Source: an uncultured beta proteobacterium
GTDB taxonomy: Bacteria > Pseudomonadota > Gammaproteobacteria > Burkholderiales > Gallionellaceae
Reading direction: 5' to 3'
Length of the DNA: 64,000 bases
Assembly (NCBI GenBank): GCA_963827265.1
Contig: CAWHAD010000002.1
Coordinates: forward strand, 144,030 to 208,029
The notes under the pieces: model-generated
What the model saw: the letters and a program-made list of their open reading frames with translations, nothing else
Told to the model about the DNA's origin: nothing
Database searches by the model: none
Made by a program: the position numbers and the translations under genes
In this document: piece by piece, positions 59,598 through 64,000 of the stretch
Numbering within the stretch: position 1 is the first letter of the stretch
Layout: each line of letters opens with the position of its first letter

Positions 59598-60107
59598 ATG
59601 TCAGATACAATTGAAGACGAAAAATTCGTTGAACTAAATTATAAAGTCATCGATAACAAAACCGGTGACATACTTGTTACTGTAGATTATCCGCTGGCTT
59701 ATGTTCATGGTGTGAATGATGTAATGTCTGAAGAAGTGACAAAGGAACTGTACGGTAAAAAAGTTGGCGATATCATCGAAGTGCCAGTAGACACTACAAA
59801 GTTATACGGTGAGAGAGATGAATCACTGGTATTTACCGATCGAATAGAAAATGTCCCGGAAGAATATCGGGAAATTGGTATGACGATCACCATGGAAAAT
59901 GAAAAGGGTGAGCCCAGAAACTTTATCGTTACCCGATTCGATGACAAGACATTAACTGTCGACGGCAATAACCCCCTTTGCGGCAGAGAAGTCACTTTCA
60001 TGCTGGAAGTCTTGTCTATACGTGAAGCTACCGAGGAAGAAATCGAGCTTGGCGGAGCGGTCGGCGCCGATCCTGACTTAAATGAAATACTCGACCGGGC
60101 AAAATGA
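59598..60107 (+). CDS. FKBP-type peptidyl-prolyl isomerase (SlyD-like, no His tail)
   Basis: V.LNY, YVHG, YG.RD, VDGNNPLCG..VTF.LEV..IR.AT.EE. Confidence 0.85.
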   Translation: MSDTIEDEKFVELNYKVIDNKTGDILVTVDYPLAYVHGVNDVMSEEVTKELYGKKVGDIIEVPVDTTKLYGERDESLVFTDRIENVPEEYREIGMTITMENEKGEPRNFIVTRFDDKTLTVDGNNPLCGREVTFMLEVLSIREATEEEIELGGAVGADPDLNEILDRAK

Positions 60108-61150
60108 AATTCTCAACTAATTACCTAATTTATCCTGAGAACAGGGCTCTGGAGCGTGCAATAGCAAATTCTATAGGCATGCTGAGTGAAGAGGTGGCCG
60201 CAGCGGCTGTTCCGGATACCAAAGTTACTGTAGCGGATAATTTTCTTTACACACGGGGGAATTATGAGCAGCACCGTTTCAGTTCCAAAATTTTTGAGAG
60301 TTTACGCGAGGCGCTTGAGGTATCGCTGACAGCCCCCCCTCCAAACATAAGCCGCGATCAGGAGCCATTGGCCTGGGCTGAGACTCAGAATTATCTCGGA
60401 AACATTCTGGCGGCACTGGGACAGCAGCGGAGAGATGCTGAATTGTTTGAACGGGCCATTCAGTGTTTTAGCAATGCATTAGAGGAGTTCAGACAGGAAA
60501 ACTCACCATTGGAATGGGCAGCTACGCAATATAACCTGGGCACGGCTAACCAGGCGCTTGGTCGGCTGCTTGATGCTACAAAGCCGTTAAAAATCGCTGT
60601 AGATGCTTATACCAATGCTTTGCTGGTTTGGACGCGAGATGAGTCTCCGGAAGACTGGATGTTTACGATGCATCAGCTTGGAGATACTTTCCATGCGTAC
60701 GGAAAACTGCTTAAAGGTAACCGTCAATTTCAAAAGTCCGTTGTTGCCTATAAAAATGCGCTTGCCGTACTCGATGCGGATAATTATGCATTAGAGTTAA
60801 CCGCTACACATAATAACCGTGCTGCTGTATTACATCATCTCGGTGAGACAGAAGAAAACCCTGAACGCCTGGAGGAAGCTATAAGATCTTATGAAAAGGC
60901 GTTAACGGTCAGTATGGAGCAGCAACTTCCTATTCATCTGGCGGTACTATGCAGGGTAAACAAGACGACAGCACAGAATGTACTGGCAGAATTAACAAAC
61001 GATACCGGGCTTGCAGAAGAAGTGGCCGATGAGTTTGAAGTCATTATCGAATGTTTTTCGCAAGCCCTTCAGCCACTCTGTTTAAGGCATTGCGAGGAGC
61101 AAATGGATAAGGCAAGATCGCTGGCGCTTGCCAATAGCGCAAGCCGCTGA
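60104..61150 (+). CDS. Tetratricopeptide-repeat protein
   Basis: Repeated WA.TQ.NLG.. / AI..Y..AL motifs. Confidence 0.85.
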   Translation: MKFSTNYLIYPENRALERAIANSIGMLSEEVAAAAVPDTKVTVADNFLYTRGNYEQHRFSSKIFESLREALEVSLTAPPPNISRDQEPLAWAETQNYLGNILAALGQQRRDAELFERAIQCFSNALEEFRQENSPLEWAATQYNLGTANQALGRLLDATKPLKIAVDAYTNALLVWTRDESPEDWMFTMHQLGDTFHAYGKLLKGNRQFQKSVVAYKNALAVLDADNYALELTATHNNRAAVLHHLGETEENPERLEEAIRSYEKALTVSMEQQLPIHLAVLCRVNKTTAQNVLAELTNDTGLAEEVADEFEVIIECFSQALQPLCLRHCEEQMDKARSLALANSASR

Positions 61151-61165
61151 TAAGGGGGTCGAAGT

Positions 61166-61579
61166 TTGTCGGCTGTAGAAAAAACGGAAAAAAAGCGGGA
61201 TCCGAACGATCCATGCCTGTTCTGCAAAGATCCGCGTGGCGTATCACTGGAGCATGAACTTGCTTACAGTGCGCGTGATACCTACGCGGTGAGCCCGGGC
61301 CATACCCTGGTTATCCCGCGTCGCCATGTAGCCAGCTTTTTCGACCTGACGCCCGAAGAGGTCAATGCCTGCATGGGGCTGATCACCGAGGAGCGCATGC
61401 GACTGGACGAGGAATTCAAGCCTGATGGTTACAATATCGGCGTTAACGTAGGACCGGCGGCCGGGCAGAGTATATTCCATGTCCATATTCACATCATTCC
61501 GCGCTACCAGGGTGATGTCGAGAATCCCCAGGGCGGCGTGCGCCATGTGATTCCAAAGAAGGGACATTACACGCGCTAG
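61166..61579 (+). CDS. HIT-family nucleotide hydrolase
   Basis: CLFC, PGHTLVIP, AGQSIFHVHIHIIPR. Confidence 0.92.
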   Translation: MSAVEKTEKKRDPNDPCLFCKDPRGVSLEHELAYSARDTYAVSPGHTLVIPRRHVASFFDLTPEEVNACMGLITEERMRLDEEFKPDGYNIGVNVGPAAGQSIFHVHIHIIPRYQGDVENPQGGVRHVIPKKGHYTR

Positions 61580-61664
61580 ATAGTATAATTCAGCCAGTTA
61601 AGTGGGAGGGGCTGGCAACCCTGTTGAAATTCCTCCCGTTTTCAACCAGCAAGGAGATATGATT

Positions 61665-61835
61665 ATGAGTGATGACAAGAAGCCTTTTACCCGTCCCAAG
61701 GTTCCAGATGGCCACGCATTCCACGTGACAACTCGTCAGAAAGAGATTACGCCAGGACAATTTTTTGTTGGCTATGAAACTATCTGGGAACCGCACCAGA
61801 AAGAAGTTCCATACACCACTCCCAAGAAGCCCTGA
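61665..61835 (+). CDS. Small protein (~56 aa)
   Basis: Strong RBS AAGGAG before ATG 61659/61665; codon usage resembles aprBA. Confidence 0.65.
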   Translation: MSDDKKPFTRPKVPDGHAFHVTTRQKEITPGQFFVGYETIWEPHQKEVPYTTPKKP

Positions 61836-61872
61836 CAAGAATATTTAGGCAATCAGCTGCGCGGCACTTTGT

Positions 61873-61917
61873 TAGATGATCGAAGAGTTAGATGATCGAA
61901 GGGATAGATGATCGAAG
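61873..61917 (+). repeat. Tandem repeat TAGATGATCGAAG x3 (16-bp period)
   Basis: Copies at 61873, 61889 and 61905. Confidence 0.85.
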
Positions 61918-61965
61918 GCCGCGCGGATAACGCTAAACAACTCAAGCCTGGATTTGGTTTATGAC

Positions 61966-61990
61966 AAGCACGCTTTTATAGCGTGCTTTT
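61966..61990. terminator. Bidirectional terminator
   Basis: AAGCACGCT-TTTAT-AGCGTGCTTT. Confidence 0.7.
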
Positions 61991-62016
61991 CTTTTTAATA
62001 TAAAGTGCTCTAAAGC

Positions 62017-62433
62017 TTAAATACGCTCAGAAAGCTGGTAATCCACATTAATAAAAGCGCCAATATCGGCCAGAAAACGAATCGTTCTGGCGCCGAAACC
62101 CACATCCGGACAGGTTTCACCTTTATCAACAGACAGCACCAGTACCACGCCGATTCTGGGCGATAAGTTGTGGCTTTTAATTACTTGCAGGATTTTTTCC
62201 TTGGCCGGTTCTATTTTTTTAATGATGATGTCCGTCATTTTATAAACGTCAATATTGTCCGTCATCGTTTCCGTTGATAACTCCCATGAACTGATCACGG
62301 GTTTATCCAGGGCACTGTGCGCGCCGGATGCATCAACCGAGGTAGGTTCGATGCCAAGCAGACGCGTGATGTCATCAGGATTGAAATGATAACCACTGAG
62401 TGTGAAGTGGGCGCGTGCTTTATTCGATGCCAA
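62017..62433 (-). CDS. DUF4279-like protein
   Basis: F.LSG..F.PDDITRLLGIEPT, W.L, FLADIGA.INVDY. Confidence 0.75.
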   Translation of the reverse strand: MASNKARAHFTLSGYHFNPDDITRLLGIEPTSVDASGAHSALDKPVISSWELSTETMTDNIDVYKMTDIIIKKIEPAKEKILQVIKSHNLSPRIGVVLVLSVDKGETCPDVGFGARTIRFLADIGAFINVDYQLSERI

Positions 62434-62861
62434 GTTATTACCCTGATCAATTGATTGTAAATAGGACGAGAGATTATAGCGTATAAGGGGTCAAATACGC
62501 TGCCCCTGGCTTTGCCAAGGATAGCCGTGTTTGATTTAAACAGTTTGGCAGTAGAGGTTTTGCGGATGATTGGCCTGGGCGAAGAAGAACCAGCGTTCCA
62601 GGATTAAACCAACATATTGCAGCGCGAATGCCGCGAGCAAATAACTGGCATTGACTTATTGCATCCCCAGCCAAAGCGGTAAGAGCGGAACCGGGAAGAC
62701 TAAAATTAAATGAGCCATTATTTAAATTTTCAGGGGAAACAGTTACCCAGTCCGACCAACCGCTTTTGGGACGGCGCAGACCTTAATTGATTGTTCGCCT
62801 TAGGTCAGATTTGGCCGATGAGGGAGCAGACCGCTCCTCGGCCATTGGGCTCACGGCTTAA

Positions 62862-63065
62862 AGCAGCCGCTACGACATCGAAGACACGCGGCGTGCGTTG
62901 CTCGAGGCGACACGCGCCGGCATCCGGCCGTTCTGCATCACCGTTGACCGGGAAGCGCGCGACTACCTGCCCCATCTTTACGGAGCGGCCCATTACACAG
63001 TGGTAGATGATGTGGCGCGCTTGCCCTGCAAGGTTGCGGAGATTTGCCGCAGGTTGACGCATTAG
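62862..63065 (+). pseudogene. C-terminal fragment of a NorD/CbbO vWA protein
   Basis: RYDIEDTRRALLEA..GIRPFCITVDREARDYLPHLYG..LP; upstream in-frame TAA, no start; absent from ORF track. Confidence 0.75.
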
Positions 63066-63166
63066 CTCAACACATGCTGGAATCAGACAGATTTTGAGGG
63101 ATAATGACGTTGCTGATCAGGAAATACGCCCGCCATCGCTCCAGACGTTATTAACACGAGGCATAA

Positions 63167-63460
63167 ATGACAGATACATACATGGCAACAGACCTGTCAA
63201 GCGAGGGTTTCACCAGCGTGTACGACCTGCCTGCCGAGGAATCCGACTAGTTCCGCAGCGGCGACACCGCGCTGATGCTTTCCGGCTTCCGCTTCCTCAG
63301 GCAGGTCCAGTTTGGCGAAAACAGCATTGCGCTGAAATCCGATGCGGCCGAACAACGCCGGGGAAAGGTCCGGAAAATAGCCGAACAGATCGAGCGCGAA
63401 GCCAGGGAAAGACGTGCATCTGAACAGGATGACATGTACAGCGGTAGCGGGGATCGATGA
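63167..63460 (+). pseudogene. Degraded ORF with internal TAG
   Basis: RBS GAGG, ATG 63167, in-frame TAG at codon 28, open to 63460 with host-like codons. Confidence 0.4.
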
Positions 63461-63506
63461 TAATTAGATTGGCCGGTCAAAAATCAGCCAGTTAGAACAT
63501 ATTCCC

Positions 63507-63532
63507 GGAATATAACACCTGCAATTTCCGTC
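63507..63532 (+). promoter_or_regulatory. Third ECF-type promoter candidate, upstream of hemerythrin
   Basis: GGAATATA-N13-CCGTC(ATAT); same spacing and same CGTCATAT as the 37401 promoter. Confidence 0.5.
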
Positions 63533-63640
63533 ATATTATATGGATGCACAACACCCGGTTCTGGTCCATGCTGTAATCATTTCGAAATTGCGACATTCCT
63601 GATTTTTGTTAGCTCTATCCACTCGTGAAGGAGGTTGAAA

Positions 63641-64000
63641 ATGGCGATGTCCGATGTATCAGAAATAGACCAGCAACATCAGGTTCTCGTGAACATGCTG
63701 AACTCATTGAACGATGCTGTAAAAAGCAGGAAGACGCGGGATGACATTTTTCTGATCATAGATGAAATCATCGCATATACCCGATTTCATTTTGCGACCG
63801 AAGAACGACTGATGGTCAATTCCGGATATACCGACGTCGAATTTCACAAGGACAAGCACAAACAGCTGATGCAGGATGCGCAGCATCTGAAAGGAAAGCT
63901 GGCCGACCTCGGGGAGGAAATGTTCACCGACTGGTTCAAGCACTGGCCGTTTACCCGGGTGCTTGCGCATATACAGTATGCGGACCAGCAGTTCGAGGAG
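63641..64000 (+). CDS. Bacteriohemerythrin (3' end outside window)
   Basis: RBS GGAGG; IDQQH, HFATEE, HKDKH, HIQYAD iron-ligand motifs. Confidence 0.9.
   Translation, partial: MAMSDVSEIDQQHQVLVNMLNSLNDAVKSRKTRDDIFLIIDEIIAYTRFHFATEERLMVNSGYTDVEFHKDKHKQLMQDAQHLKGKLADLGEEMFTDWFKHWPFTRVLAHIQYADQQFEE

Noticed and set aside
1-64000. tRNA, rRNA, transposase, integrase, prophage, CRISPR array, soxCD, dsrR/dsrS, sHdr
   Set aside because: None recognised by eye; tRNAscan and Rfam were not run

Overview
Betaproteobacterial-looking chromosome segment (Nitrosomonadales/Gallionellaceae-like; taxonomy is inference) dominated by a ~55 kb sulfur-oxidation supercluster. From left to right: end of a type II secretion operon (gspD-E-F-C); an orphan integron-cassette-like gene with an HEPN-type RxxxxH motif; mrp/apbC plus DUF971; a long minus-strand run dsrABEFHCMKLJOPN-DUF4202-cysG-periplasmic protein-petABC-cytochrome c-ankyrin; a divergent operon with a CRISPR-less Cas6-like gene, a cysteine-free DsrC paralogue, a double TusA and a TauD-family gene; tusA-dsrE2-fadL; dsbC; an exported DsrE/porin/DUF302 group facing an ECF sigma factor and an anti-sigma with a periplasmic DsrE domain; soxXYZAB (no soxCD), YeeE, SoxW-like, TolC and MFP; sulP; soeABC divergent from sat-aprMBA and accessory genes; relics of norD/cbbO; and a truncated hemerythrin. 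About 15 single-base frameshifts between 6 and 39 kb look like long-read errors. Best novelty candidates: (1) the ECF/anti-sigma-DsrE sensor with a readable GGAATAWA-N13-SCGTC promoter at three places, (2) the Cas6-like/Cys-less DsrC/double-TusA module, (3) an ATAACCC-N4-GGGTTAT palindrome shared by three sulfur promoters, (4) a 48-bp covarying hairpin element and translationally coupled mini-ORFs, and (5) the orphan HEPN cassette. All family calls come from motif recognition only; no database searches were run.
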